DNA of 63,523 nucleotides from a virus. Lineage: Duplodnaviria > Caudoviricetes. Both the position numbers and the translations under genes were made by a program. Shown here in pieces: positions 44,951 to 54,056 of the stretch. A model generated the notes under the pieces. That model was not told the origin of the DNA. It did not search any database and was given only the letters and a program-made list of their open reading frames with translations. The stretch lies in the IMG/VR virus record IMGVR_UViG_3300046167_000749, positions 1-63,523 of that record, one strand, 5' to 3'. Numbering within the stretch: the first letter of the stretch is position 1; every line of letters starts with the position of its first letter.

Positions 44951-45155
44951 TTGGACTTGGGAGCAACTCAAGGAGGAGGTTGACCGTGGTCATAAGGAAT
45001 TTTTTGAAAGAAGAGGAATAAACCCAAATCAATTTGATAACGATTTTCTATTTGGAAAGTCTAGTGAAGATAAGTCTCGGTTGTCTTCGTCTGAGAATGA
45101 CCAACCCATTCAGCAATCTTATCGAGAGAAGAATCAAAATCAAGCTTGGTTCTAG
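44943..45155 (+). CDS. Hypothetical protein whose 3' end overlaps the integrase 3' end
   Basis: ATG at 44943 overlaps the previous stop; MGDWTWEQLKEEVDRGHKEFFERRG... Confidence 0.45.
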   Translation: MGDWTWEQLKEEVDRGHKEFFERRGINPNQFDNDFLFGKSSEDKSRLSSSENDQPIQQSYREKNQNQAWF

Positions 45156-46098
45156 TTACAAAGCTATGCCTAAAGCTATGAAAACTCTTATCTTGTATTT
45201 CCATTCGGTCTAAAAATCGTTTAAAATAAACACTAAATCTTGATCGTCTCTTTGGGTCATCTGCGAGTTCCGCCCAATCAGGGAAGCAATATTTTTTATC
45301 TTCAAAATTAATTGTTTTAAACATATCCCTAAGTTTACCTCCGCCAATTATGGGATTGTCTAATGGCAACTTGACTCTCTTATCTTGCTTTTCAGTGTGC
45401 ACGATTAAGTGATCTTCAGTCCAGCTTGCCCACTCTAATTTTGATATATCAATTATTCTTAAACCTGTCCACCAACCGAGATTGATTGCATACTTCATGA
45501 ATCCTTCTGCATGTTTATCTATTTTCACAAAGTCTGCTTTTGTAAATGGCACTCGTGTCTTGGTTTCCTTTTGCTTGTGGGATAACTTGGAACCATCGAC
45601 TGCTACCCCAGCGGTTGGGTCTTTCATGATGTAGCTACTTGCTACAGCGTAAGAGAATAAAGTCCGAAGGGCAGCAAGTCGTTGCTTCCTTGCATTAAGT
45701 GATACGGAGTCGTCAGGTTCATTAATCCATTTTGACACAATCTTTGGAGTTACACTAGATATATGCTTGATCCTCATTTTGTCAGCAAATGCACAATGTA
45801 ACCCACTTTGTGTATATATTGTATTATGGGATCTTGATCTAACTTTACTATAACCAACCCATTCATTGACACAATTTTGGAAAAGAATATTTTTGTCAGC
45901 CACAATGGACACTATAGCATCCTTAGTTAAGGCGTTTATTTTGGCAGCCATTTCAAGCTCTTCAATCTTTGCCTCTTTGACAATCATGATTGCTTCTTTC
46001 TTACTGCCTGTAGCTAGGTTGCGGGTAATTGTTTTACCCGATTGTGTTTTAAATCTAACTGAATAGATTCCTGTCTTTTCACTTTGTATCAATTTCAT
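45061..46098 (-). CDS. int: Tyrosine recombinase / phage integrase
   Basis: TGLRIIDI (R), KQDK (K), HSFRH (HxxR), GHS...TETY (H, Y); N-terminal arm-binding-like and core-binding regions. Confidence 0.92.
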   Translation of the reverse strand: MKLIQSEKTGIYSVRFKTQSGKTITRNLATGSKKEAIMIVKEAKIEELEMAAKINALTKDAIVSIVADKNILFQNCVNEWVGYSKVRSRSHNTIYTQSGLHCAFADKMRIKHISSVTPKIVSKWINEPDDSVSLNARKQRLAALRTLFSYAVASSYIMKDPTAGVAVDGSKLSHKQKETKTRVPFTKADFVKIDKHAEGFMKYAINLGWWTGLRIIDISKLEWASWTEDHLIVHTEKQDKRVKLPLDNPIIGGGKLRDMFKTINFEDKKYCFPDWAELADDPKRRSRFSVYFKRFLDRMEIQDKSFHSFRHSFVTRTKLDFDSSLDKIAEWVGHSQTKTTETYLH

Positions 46099-46149
46099 AG
46101 GTTACATATTATTTTGTGTTACTTTGTATCACTAGTTATCGTGTGTCAA
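46099..46149 (-). promoter_or_regulatory. Putative integrase promoter with GTAACAC half-boxes
   Basis: Minus strand reads TTGACA...TGATACAAAGTAACACAAAATAATATGTAACCT-ATG. Confidence 0.4.
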
Positions 46150-46331
46150 TCTTCTTTGTCTAAGTTTTCTTGATTAGTATCTTTCTCCACACTTATACAC
46201 TCGGCACCCCATCCGGATGCTTCATCTATGCCTATGCGCTTGAGCTTACGAAGATCAGTCTCCTCGCTTATAAATGTGAAGAAGAAACGCTCACCTGCCT
46301 CTATGCAGTGCGCTATATATCTTACTTTCAT
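46146..46331 (-). CDS. Hypothetical protein
   Basis: 61-aa coupled ORF. Confidence 0.55.
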   Translation of the reverse strand: MKVRYIAHCIEAGERFFFTFISEETDLRKLKRIGIDEASGWGAECISVEKDTNQENLDKED

Positions 46332-46621
46332 GCCGCCTTCCTTTCCAGAGCCATTTCGACAAGTTTATCGAGGTAACGATTGTAGTTAGGCATGGATGGC
46401 TTGTATCCCTTGAGTAACGGAAGCCCACCTTTGTCTCTAGCTGTTGAGATATTCATCATGAATGCCTCATAGCTCCCGCGGGTGCGACCCTCATGCTTTG
46501 CGAGGTGTTCGTTTCTATATTTAGTTTTAGAATATTTCTGTCCGTTTTCCTGCAACTGAAGCATTACTTCATAGGCAGTCCATAGTTCTAGTATTTCTGT
46601 TTTTTCGTATTTCTTTTTCAT
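46328..46621 (-). CDS. Stand-alone domain resembling the N-terminus of McrA-like HNH / DUF3883 proteins
   Basis: AYEVML...GQKYSK..YR...GRTRGSYEAFMMNIS...G.PLLKGYKP..NY pattern. Confidence 0.5.
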   Translation of the reverse strand: MKKKYEKTEILELWTAYEVMLQLQENGQKYSKTKYRNEHLAKHEGRTRGSYEAFMMNISTARDKGGLPLLKGYKPSMPNYNRYLDKLVEMALERKAA

Positions 46622-46625
46622 AATT

Positions 46626-46823
46626 TTATTTAAGTTTAGTGTTAGTTTTTCCCCAACAATGAGGCTGAACGCAGTGCGTTACTTCAATCCAAATGGATTG
46701 CTTTCGGGTTACTATATCTCCATTTTTTCGAGTCGGATAATCTTTGCCACACCTTGGGCAATGCACGAATTTTGGGATAACTCGTTCGTCATTTCTTGGG
46801 TGGCATATTACACATTTACTCAT
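46626..46823 (-). CDS. Small Cys-rich (zinc-finger-like) protein
   Basis: CVIC, CPRC and CVQPHC. Confidence 0.5.
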   Translation of the reverse strand: MSKCVICHPRNDERVIPKFVHCPRCGKDYPTRKNGDIVTRKQSIWIEVTHCVQPHCWGKTNTKLK

Positions 46824-47289
46824 CTTCGTCCTCTTCCAAGTCTATGCCTAATGTGTCTGCCATATCCTGCAGTTGGTATTGTAATTCTTGGCAATTATGG
46901 AAGTATTTCTTTGCATAATTAATCAGCTTCCTTTGATGTGACTCGCTATACTCATCCCGAAGTTTGTCGTAGATTTCAAAGGAGTTGTAGTTACCATTCC
47001 AATGTTCGACCTCTCTTCTGATCGCAATGTCATCTGGATCCATAGACTCAGGTTCTTCAACCGAGTGTGAGCTATTATCTTCCTTAACTATGACATCTTT
47101 AACTCCAAGCTTTACACCAAGTCTTGTCTCTGCAATGCGTGCAGGAAAAGTCTTAGGGGTTTTCATGATTTTCTGAAAACTTAGGTGGTCATCCAGTTGA
47201 TCCATAACTTTGTCTGCTGTCAGTTTGTTTGGTGCGTTGAAGTGGACATCATATGTCCGTGTTACTTTTGTTTTTATATTATATTTCAT
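46816..47289 (-). CDS. Hypothetical protein
   Basis: 157-aa ORF in the operon. Confidence 0.65.
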   Translation of the reverse strand: MKYNIKTKVTRTYDVHFNAPNKLTADKVMDQLDDHLSFQKIMKTPKTFPARIAETRLGVKLGVKDVIVKEDNSSHSVEEPESMDPDDIAIRREVEHWNGNYNSFEIYDKLRDEYSESHQRKLINYAKKYFHNCQELQYQLQDMADTLGIDLEEDEDE

Positions 47290-47310
47290 GTTACTATTAT
47301 TTATGTGTTA

Positions 47311-48192
47311 CTAAGCTGCTTTGGGTTTCTTAACCTTGTATATTATTTTGGGATACCTGCCTTGACTGTCCGCTATGGGTGGAATGAAGACATCCTCTCC
47401 TTGCTTATTTACGAAGTAGTCGCTACGCAGTGTGCGAAGGTGACCCACTCTTCCATTCTTTAATGGACCGGTTTTCTTGTGACCCTTCTTCTCTTGGTAT
47501 TCTCTAATCTTTTTAGGCAGATATACAACCCTGTATAAAGACTTACTTGTCTTGATTTTGTATTTCTTTTTTGCACTCTTTAGTGCTTTTTTGTCCCATA
47601 CATTAATTTTTGTTGGAGCGAAGTATGGAATCGCTGAATAATTTATAACCTTCAATGCCATTAGTAGTGCATCCATGAATTGATTAGTCATGATATCTTG
47701 CTGTCGACTAGTTTTGTAATCATTAAGTTGCGAGTCCACGAAGGTAGTCATACCTTCTCGGATTTGATCTTCACCGCACTCACTAGGTATGTTGCCAAAG
47801 CATAAGCCAAGAGGTGTCTCCATGGTATACATAATTACATCACTCATCCATTGCGGTATTCCATTTTCGTCGGGCCCCCATTCAACGGCAAGTGTAGCTA
47901 GGTACTCTTTAGCAAGGTCATCTTGCATAGCATGAGCGTAGTTCCATGCAGTTTGAACTATATCAGCACAGTTACCTCTACTTATCGTTAGGTTGTAGTA
48001 ATACTTGCACTCAAATCGTATATTCAAACTTTTGCTTGGCCATTTAGTTTGATCGAAATTATTCGATACATGGCATGCGCTTAAAGCTTCGGTTACACTT
48101 TTATCAACAAGCATTGTTTGTCCGTATATTTCATGCCAGCTTTTGTTTGCTATACCGATAGCAGATGAACATTTCCTTACTATATCACTCAT
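47311..48192 (-). CDS. Hypothetical phage protein with C-terminal RxGHLR...VFIPP motif
   Basis: RVGHLRTLRSDYF...VFIPPI, a motif type recurrent in phage early proteins. Confidence 0.65.
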   Translation of the reverse strand: MSDIVRKCSSAIGIANKSWHEIYGQTMLVDKSVTEALSACHVSNNFDQTKWPSKSLNIRFECKYYYNLTISRGNCADIVQTAWNYAHAMQDDLAKEYLATLAVEWGPDENGIPQWMSDVIMYTMETPLGLCFGNIPSECGEDQIREGMTTFVDSQLNDYKTSRQQDIMTNQFMDALLMALKVINYSAIPYFAPTKINVWDKKALKSAKKKYKIKTSKSLYRVVYLPKKIREYQEKKGHKKTGPLKNGRVGHLRTLRSDYFVNKQGEDVFIPPIADSQGRYPKIIYKVKKPKAA

Positions 48193-48204
48193 ATTATTCC
48201 CTAT

Positions 48205-50865
48205 CTATATTGTTAAGTCTTCCATTTCTGACAGTAATTCACTTACTGCATCTTGATCGTGCTTTGTAATTCCAAGCTCCTCGGTGCGCGTGATAGTTAA
48301 GAACCTCTCCTTGAGCGGTGCCCACTGTGCGAGAACCTCAGCTTCATGCGACTCGATGCCCTTCTCTAGCTTATCCCATCCGGTGACATGCTCGGCAAGA
48401 ACCTCCATCGCATCAGTTGATCTTACCTCACGAGGTACTCGCTTACCATGAAGGCAGATAGTGGCAGCATCTTCCTTGGTTCCAACCTTATCGAACATCA
48501 ACTCTTCGATGCTGTTCTTGTGAAGAACGACATATACATTGACATCCTCTGGTGAATTGAGTCGGAATACACGACCCAGTGCTTGGTTGAACTTGCCGTA
48601 AGACCATTCGAGTGAGCCTACGATAAGGTTCTTGCATTGCTCAAATGAATAGGCTTGAGCACAATTGATACTGAATAGCATAACTTGTGTCTTACCGTCC
48701 TTGAACTTAGATGCCTCAAGAGCGTGATCGGACATAGTGCCATCAATCCTACTGTATTTAACGCCCCCCTCGGCAAGTCTTTCCTGTAACTCATTGGTCA
48801 TACCTTGACGAGCAGACACATGGATTACTTGTTCACCCTTAGCTAAGTGCTTGTACATGATCTCAAGTATTGCAACAGTCTTAGGGTTGAAGTTAGTCTT
48901 GCTGTGCAGATTGTACTCAGCATCGAATGGATTAGCTGCGATACCACGAAGGTATGATAACTGAATACCATAACGAAACTTAGGATCTTTGCATGGTACA
49001 TTGCCAGGGTTCATGTAGTGGGTGTAGTTCTCGCGTTGCTGGTATGTCATCGGCACACGAATGTCCATGATGTTGGACTTCACGAGATCAGGGTTGCATT
49101 GAGCCTTACTGATGAAGGCAACGGTAGGACGAAGCAACTTGAGTAGCTTTGCTGGCTGACTGATCACAGGTGAATGCTTGAGTGATGTGGGACCACGACC
49201 ACCATTCTTTCTCTTGATCATCTCTAGGGTGAGGTCACGCTCATTGGTAACAAACTCACGCTTGAAGTCAGCAATCTCATCACGCTTGTACGGCCAACGA
49301 GGGTTGCAACGATCACCGAAGTACCAATTAGGCACAGATAACCAACCCATAAGGGAGAAGATATTCCATACCATATTTGGTATCGGTGTAGCACTAAGAG
49401 CAAACTTGTACTTAGGTTGCATCTTGATGATCGAGTTGGTGATCTGAGAGTCAAGATTACAGATAAGATGAGCCTCATCGAGGATTACCATATCCCAAAA
49501 CTTGTGACCAATCTCGGTAGCCAAGCATGGCTCAGATATACATGTGATTGCGTGCTTCTCACCTGTTGGTGCACCTTTGTCTCTGATGTCAATGACTTGA
49601 GTGTGACCAATATTCATGTGGTAGCATTCGTTATCTCTCGTATGCTTGAGGGTATTGCCATTAGCATCAAGCAACTCATTGCCCTCGGCATCGAGTTGCT
49701 TGGTGTATAAGTCAGGCACAGGAATCTTGATCTGCTTGAGATGCTTGCGATACAATGCTTCAGGGTCTTTCTTCTTGCCTGCCCATGTATTGGGTAGACG
49801 CTCAAAGCCGTTGCGAAACATGACATGATCATAGGTAAGGAATACACCGAATGGTAACTCACCATTGTTCTCCTTGAGTAACTTCTCGTGATCCTTCCTG
49901 CCGAATATCTTGTGAACAGGAATAGTAGGTGCAAACTTCTTGAACTCCTTGACCCATTGGGATGGGCTAGTTGCTTCGCCTGCCTTGGTCTTACCATCCT
50001 TGACTGTACCCTTGGGAGCACAGATCAGAACACGACTGCACTGCTTAAGTAGCACCAAGCATATGGCGATAAGAGTTTTGCCCACACCCGTCTCGGCTGC
50101 GATCTGAGCAGACTCAGCACATGCAGCTTGTGCGATATACTCATTCTGACCGGGATAGAACTTGAACTTGCCTTGCACCTCCATGAACTTAAGTACCTTG
50201 AGTGCTCGCTCGAACTGATCTTTTGTCTCATCAGCTAGTGTAGGGATATCGGGTTCAGCGAAGTACTCCCATAGTAATGACTCGTCAAGGTCAGTCTGAA
50301 GGGTAGGGTGATCCCTGAAGTTGAGAGTCCAACCCCTGTCATCTTGGAATGTTAACGCCAAGTCAGAACCTTCGAGTGACATCTGATGCACCTTGGATGA
50401 CACGGATCGCGAATCCTCATCGTAGTGCATTTTAGTACGAGTGAATGGCTCGCGGTACTGCATCCTGCGAGAGCGGAAAGCATATCGCTCACCAGATGTA
50501 AGCTGAAGGTGAACAGGATCTCCATTCTTGGTGTGACTAACTACATCATCTACATTTTTAATGCAGATCAATTCCTTACGCTCATCTACATAAGCTACTT
50601 TCTCGTAGGATGTAGGTGGACGCAATGGACGTGCAATTTTCTTGGATGAAACAAGAGCAGTATCAATTAATTCCTTGGCATCGGGTGAGATGAGGCACTT
50701 CTTGTGTGATACTAATTTCTGAAGTCTTTGGCGGTCGCTAAGAGAGATGACCAAGCTCATGGGTGTGCGAGCATCAACCAACTCAAGATCGAGCTTAATG
50801 TCGGAAGGTGCGTATTCAGGAAAGGTGCGGAGTTTACCGTCCCTCTCGGATATGTCGTACATCAT
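48205..50865 (-). CDS. SNF2-family (SF2) helicase/translocase
   Basis: AAETGVGKT (I), ILDEAH (II), LSATP (III), RIDG, QALGRVFRL (VI), SIEE. Confidence 0.9.
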   Translation of the reverse strand: MMYDISERDGKLRTFPEYAPSDIKLDLELVDARTPMSLVISLSDRQRLQKLVSHKKCLISPDAKELIDTALVSSKKIARPLRPPTSYEKVAYVDERKELICIKNVDDVVSHTKNGDPVHLQLTSGERYAFRSRRMQYREPFTRTKMHYDEDSRSVSSKVHQMSLEGSDLALTFQDDRGWTLNFRDHPTLQTDLDESLLWEYFAEPDIPTLADETKDQFERALKVLKFMEVQGKFKFYPGQNEYIAQAACAESAQIAAETGVGKTLIAICLVLLKQCSRVLICAPKGTVKDGKTKAGEATSPSQWVKEFKKFAPTIPVHKIFGRKDHEKLLKENNGELPFGVFLTYDHVMFRNGFERLPNTWAGKKKDPEALYRKHLKQIKIPVPDLYTKQLDAEGNELLDANGNTLKHTRDNECYHMNIGHTQVIDIRDKGAPTGEKHAITCISEPCLATEIGHKFWDMVILDEAHLICNLDSQITNSIIKMQPKYKFALSATPIPNMVWNIFSLMGWLSVPNWYFGDRCNPRWPYKRDEIADFKREFVTNERDLTLEMIKRKNGGRGPTSLKHSPVISQPAKLLKLLRPTVAFISKAQCNPDLVKSNIMDIRVPMTYQQRENYTHYMNPGNVPCKDPKFRYGIQLSYLRGIAANPFDAEYNLHSKTNFNPKTVAILEIMYKHLAKGEQVIHVSARQGMTNELQERLAEGGVKYSRIDGTMSDHALEASKFKDGKTQVMLFSINCAQAYSFEQCKNLIVGSLEWSYGKFNQALGRVFRLNSPEDVNVYVVLHKNSIEELMFDKVGTKEDAATICLHGKRVPREVRSTDAMEVLAEHVTGWDKLEKGIESHEAEVLAQWAPLKERFLTITRTEELGITKHDQDAVSELLSEMEDLTI

Positions 50866-51023
50866 TATTTATATTGTATTTTAATTATTATTGCTTCTAT
50901 TCCTTTTGTTATTAAATGAGCTACTGCTTTGGTAGCGTCATTGTGTGTGTATAGTAATGTCTCTTGTGTAGAGGTATCGCATAAGCAATATCCCATACTA
51001 GAGACAAGGTATCGTGTGGTCAT
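50865..51023 (-). CDS. Small hypothetical protein (52 aa; not in ORF track)
   Basis: MTTRYLVSSMGYCLCDTST...IQYK; coupled at both ends (ATGA/TAATG). Confidence 0.45.
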   Translation of the reverse strand: MTTRYLVSSMGYCLCDTSTQETLLYTHNDATKAVAHLITKGIEAIIIKIQYK

Positions 51024-51352
51024 AAATATCTAAAAAAGTCTTTGATGTGCTTACTAATGTGGCGCCCACTCCAAGGGCTCTTACCTTGCTTTAGGTGCTT
51101 AATGAAATCTCGAATAAGTGCAGCTTGCTCGTAATCTTCATACTTAATTGCTTTCTGCATACCTTTCTCGTAGCGGTTGACTTCAGCGGCTTGGGACTTA
51201 CGTTTCCACTCATCCATATACTCCTTTAGTGTCATGCCTTTGAGTGAAGCTAAGTATGTGAAGTGTTTATTGTTTGCTTCTACGAGTCTCTTGCGTGACT
51301 TAATTGGATCGTATCCTTGACTTGGCATAATTATATTTTTACCGGGTTGCAT
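51020..51352 (-). CDS. UVR (UvrB/UvrC-motif) coiled-coil protein
   Basis: MQKAIKYEDYEQAALIRDFIKHL matches the UVR motif consensus. Confidence 0.7.
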   Translation of the reverse strand: MQPGKNIIMPSQGYDPIKSRKRLVEANNKHFTYLASLKGMTLKEYMDEWKRKSQAAEVNRYEKGMQKAIKYEDYEQAALIRDFIKHLKQGKSPWSGRHISKHIKDFFRYL

Positions 51353-52005
51353 ATTCCTTCATCTGTATCAAAGAATACGCCCCGAACCTTTAGGCTCTCC
51401 CACCTCAGCAGGCGCCAAATAAGGTTCAGGGCGTTTATAGCAACCACACTATTAACAAATAGATCTTGCACGAAGTATTCATCTACGCATCCAACCTCAC
51501 CTACCGGTTCCTCTCCGTAGATCAAGTCGTTGTGCTCGTCATATACATTAGGTAAGTCTCCGTCGAATTGACCGATCAAGACTTGTCCTGATGTGCGTGA
51601 ATTGCCACAATCAATCATGTAGGCTCCCTTAGTAAGCCATGACTTAGCTATATCTTCACGAGACTTAATAGTATCTACGCACGAAACAATCATATCATCT
51701 TTTGATGATGAAGGTGCTTTTACTGTGCGATACTTCCAGTTTAGTTGGTAGTACGCATTTACTCTATCGATCAGAATCTTGGCTTTATTGTGGCCAACAT
51801 CTGATGGGAAGAATGCCTGCCTGCCAATATTAGCAGGAGATACCGTGTCAAAGTCATAAGCTGTGACATATATCTCAGGCTTCCTTCTTTGTTTTTGAGC
51901 ATGATTAATACGGGCAAGTCCATTAATCATCTGACTGCCTGTACCACCACACCCATATACGGATATGTTTCTTATATTTTTCTTTAATCTATGCATTGTA
52001 TCCAT
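51331..52005 (-). CDS. PRTRC system ThiF/E1-like activating enzyme
   Basis: GCGGTGSQ, LARINHA, DFDTVSPANIGRQ.F..SDVG.NKA, SCVD, DCGN..SGQV, and C...QDLFVN. Confidence 0.9.
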   Translation of the reverse strand: MDTMHRLKKNIRNISVYGCGGTGSQMINGLARINHAQKQRRKPEIYVTAYDFDTVSPANIGRQAFFPSDVGHNKAKILIDRVNAYYQLNWKYRTVKAPSSSKDDMIVSCVDTIKSREDIAKSWLTKGAYMIDCGNSRTSGQVLIGQFDGDLPNVYDEHNDLIYGEEPVGEVGCVDEYFVQDLFVNSVVAINALNLIWRLLRWESLKVRGVFFDTDEGICNPVKI

Positions 52006-52607
52006 TCTGTAAGTGTTTTGTTAATTTCCTTAAGGTGGTTGCGCCTCTTGGGTTGGTAGTTAAATCCGCTATTGAAGAATGTTCTCTCCCACTCCTCCCA
52101 ACAATGCCAGGGAAGTGAGTATGCGAACTCAGGATTGTTTAGTGTTACATTGCATGATCCCATTGCAGATGAACCTCCATGCACATCAATACTTCGATAG
52201 GGCAACTCTAGTAGCTTTGTTGAATCTGCGGAGTATGAATCAGTATTCGACCGATCAAAGTCAATCGGCAGGACAGCAACACTAAGCGTGTCATGCCCGT
52301 GACTTCTTGTTACTTTGAATACTAGATGTGGATGACTGTAAACCCCTACCTTATTCTTAACTTTAATTGGTCGTCGAGCGGGTTTGCATGTCCATATCAT
52401 GCACAAGTTTTCTTCATACCATAGCATCTGTGGTGGCAAGACTATCGGTTCTGATGCTTGCCCTTCTACTAGATCCTTCATATCTTCAGATGATAATGGT
52501 CGTGGGTTTACCCATTCCTCATCTTTCTTATCGAATAGTACGCACATCGATCTACTTCTATCTCGGTAAACCATTATGCTTTGCTTCGCTTCAATTAAGT
52601 CTGTCAT
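51984..52607 (-). CDS. PRTRC system protein B (prokaryotic E2 family D-like)
   Basis: PRPLS; LPPQMLW...MIW..KPARRPI; PHLVFKV; TKL..LPY; AMGS; WERTFFNSGF; adjacent to ThiF. Confidence 0.75.
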   Translation of the reverse strand: MTDLIEAKQSIMVYRDRSRSMCVLFDKKDEEWVNPRPLSSEDMKDLVEGQASEPIVLPPQMLWYEENLCMIWTCKPARRPIKVKNKVGVYSHPHLVFKVTRSHGHDTLSVAVLPIDFDRSNTDSYSADSTKLLELPYRSIDVHGGSSAMGSCNVTLNNPEFAYSLPWHCWEEWERTFFNSGFNYQPKRRNHLKEINKTLTEWIQCID

Positions 52608-53541
52608 GTGATAAGTATTTTAATAGTCTCGCGAACGGTCCAACTGAGTACAGAGTGTCCTCAATTTCCGTCGCGTTGTGACATGGAGGTATACAGGTTG
52701 AGTATAAGTGTTCCTGTTGGTAGATAATCATGTCATCCAGCACCATCCATGTTGGATCTGATGCTTGACCCATGTCGGGATTACCCTCAAGTACCTCGAG
52801 CCTGTGTTGCGCATCGTATTGCTGTTGGCACACGAACATCTCCATTGTCTTGTTGAGCATAGGCTCAAACCCATACCAAGAGCATGTTGCGATTGGCCAA
52901 TACCCAACCTCTTCACCTTCAGATGTAGCAGCAAGAAAGCTTTGAGATAAAGCTCGCGGTAGGCAGTCCTCGATTAGTTTAGATAGGTTGTAGGGTAAAC
53001 CTTTTGGAACCTCGCTGAACACTTTATGTTTATGTGCAAAGCTAGGAAGTAGACCAGTGCGTCGTTTCTTTTTATCTTTATCACCAACCCTGCCTAGGTG
53101 TTCATACATATCGACTAGATACTCATCGATATATTCAGGTGTCATTATCCATGCCGGACTACGTGACAATAGATCGATTAGCTCGGAGCCTATGCCGTGG
53201 TACTTTTCGAGTAGCTCTAGTCGAGGACCAATTGCAAACTGACTTCCATCATTAAACGTATTGGCTACAGGTATAATACTGCCATCATATAATTGAGCAT
53301 CTTCAATTAGCACACTGAATATTCCATCAGTATAAGATTTAAACAGATCGGTTAGTCTCTGATCTTTTACGCAATTATTTGTGTTCTCATATCGTAGGCC
53401 AGTGTCGCGTACAACTTTGATAGACTGAGGTAATGCCCATGGTGTTTCTAAAACAGGGGTGGGCAGGCACGGGGAGTAAACCTCCCCGTACCTTTTGTTT
53501 GTTTCAGCCTTAACCCTATTTGGGATGAGAATTTCAAGCAT
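52591..53541 (-). CDS. PRTRC system protein F-like
   Basis: Lies between Ubl and B; IGPRLELLEK..G.G...L...WIMTP pattern. Confidence 0.55.
   Translation of the reverse strand: MLEILIPNRVKAETNKRYGEVYSPCLPTPVLETPWALPQSIKVVRDTGLRYENTNNCVKDQRLTDLFKSYTDGIFSVLIEDAQLYDGSIIPVANTFNDGSQFAIGPRLELLEKYHGIGSELIDLLSRSPAWIMTPEYIDEYLVDMYEHLGRVGDKDKKKRRTGLLPSFAHKHKVFSEVPKGLPYNLSKLIEDCLPRALSQSFLAATSEGEEVGYWPIATCSWYGFEPMLNKTMEMFVCQQQYDAQHRLEVLEGNPDMGQASDPTWMVLDDMIIYQQEHLYSTCIPPCHNATEIEDTLYSVGPFARLLKYLSHDRLN
53466..53492. terminator. Strong hairpin just downstream of the Ubl gene
   Basis: Minus strand GGTACGGGGAG-GTTTA-CTCCCCGTGCC (11 bp with one GU); T-rich tail on the + side. Confidence 0.4.
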
Positions 53542-53547
53542 CTTCCC

Positions 53548-53760
53548 TTAACCTTTAGTACCGTATGATCCTTCGATTTTATAGACTTCTTCACCTTTGG
53601 ATATTGTCGGGCTAGAGATTTCTCCCTTGGTTAGTGATGGATACTGTCGTGAGTAATGCCTTACCACCTCTTCAGGTGTCATGTTCCTCCCTGGATCTTC
53701 AAGTGTTCGTTCGCCGAATTTGAATATTCTAGGTAATGGTTTCATTCCTTCATCTGTCAT
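53548..53760 (-). CDS. PRTRC system protein C (prokaryotic ubiquitin-like protein)
   Basis: RIFKFG..LEDP...MTPEEVV.HYS.QYPSL...ending GTKG-stop. Confidence 0.88.
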   Translation of the reverse strand: MTDEGMKPLPRIFKFGERTLEDPGRNMTPEEVVRHYSRQYPSLTKGEISSPTISKGEEVYKIEGSYGTKG

Positions 53761-54056
53761 TAATTAAACTCCTTTTCTACTGATTGTTGTAATGCTTCTT
53801 GTTCGTGTGACTCTAATTTATCCCACCAATGGGGAACTTTATCCGTATTGGATGGATTGAGTCTTTGCTCAGGATACTCAACCGTGCCATTTGTGCCGTC
53901 TCCACCCACTGGTGTGGGACTGGTGGATTCATTTACAAAAGCCCATAGCTTTGAGTATAGTGATCGATGTTGTGTATCCGTAAGGAATTGCTTGTAAGGT
54001 AAGCATTCAGCTACCTCATCAGCCGTCCAACGTGATATTCTTTCTGGATAACTCAT
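53760..54056 (-). CDS. Hypothetical protein inserted in the PRTRC operon
   Basis: 98-aa ORF, TAATG-coupled to the Ubl gene. Confidence 0.65.
   Translation of the reverse strand: MSYPERISRWTADEVAECLPYKQFLTDTQHRSLYSKLWAFVNESTSPTPVGGDGTNGTVEYPEQRLNPSNTDKVPHWWDKLESHEQEALQQSVEKEFN

Noticed and set aside
51331-52005. ThiF as a thiamine/molybdopterin auxiliary metabolic gene, or CBASS Cap2/Bil defence
   Set aside because: No ThiS/MoaD, CD-NTase or JAB nearby; sequence motifs and neighbours fit the PRTRC family
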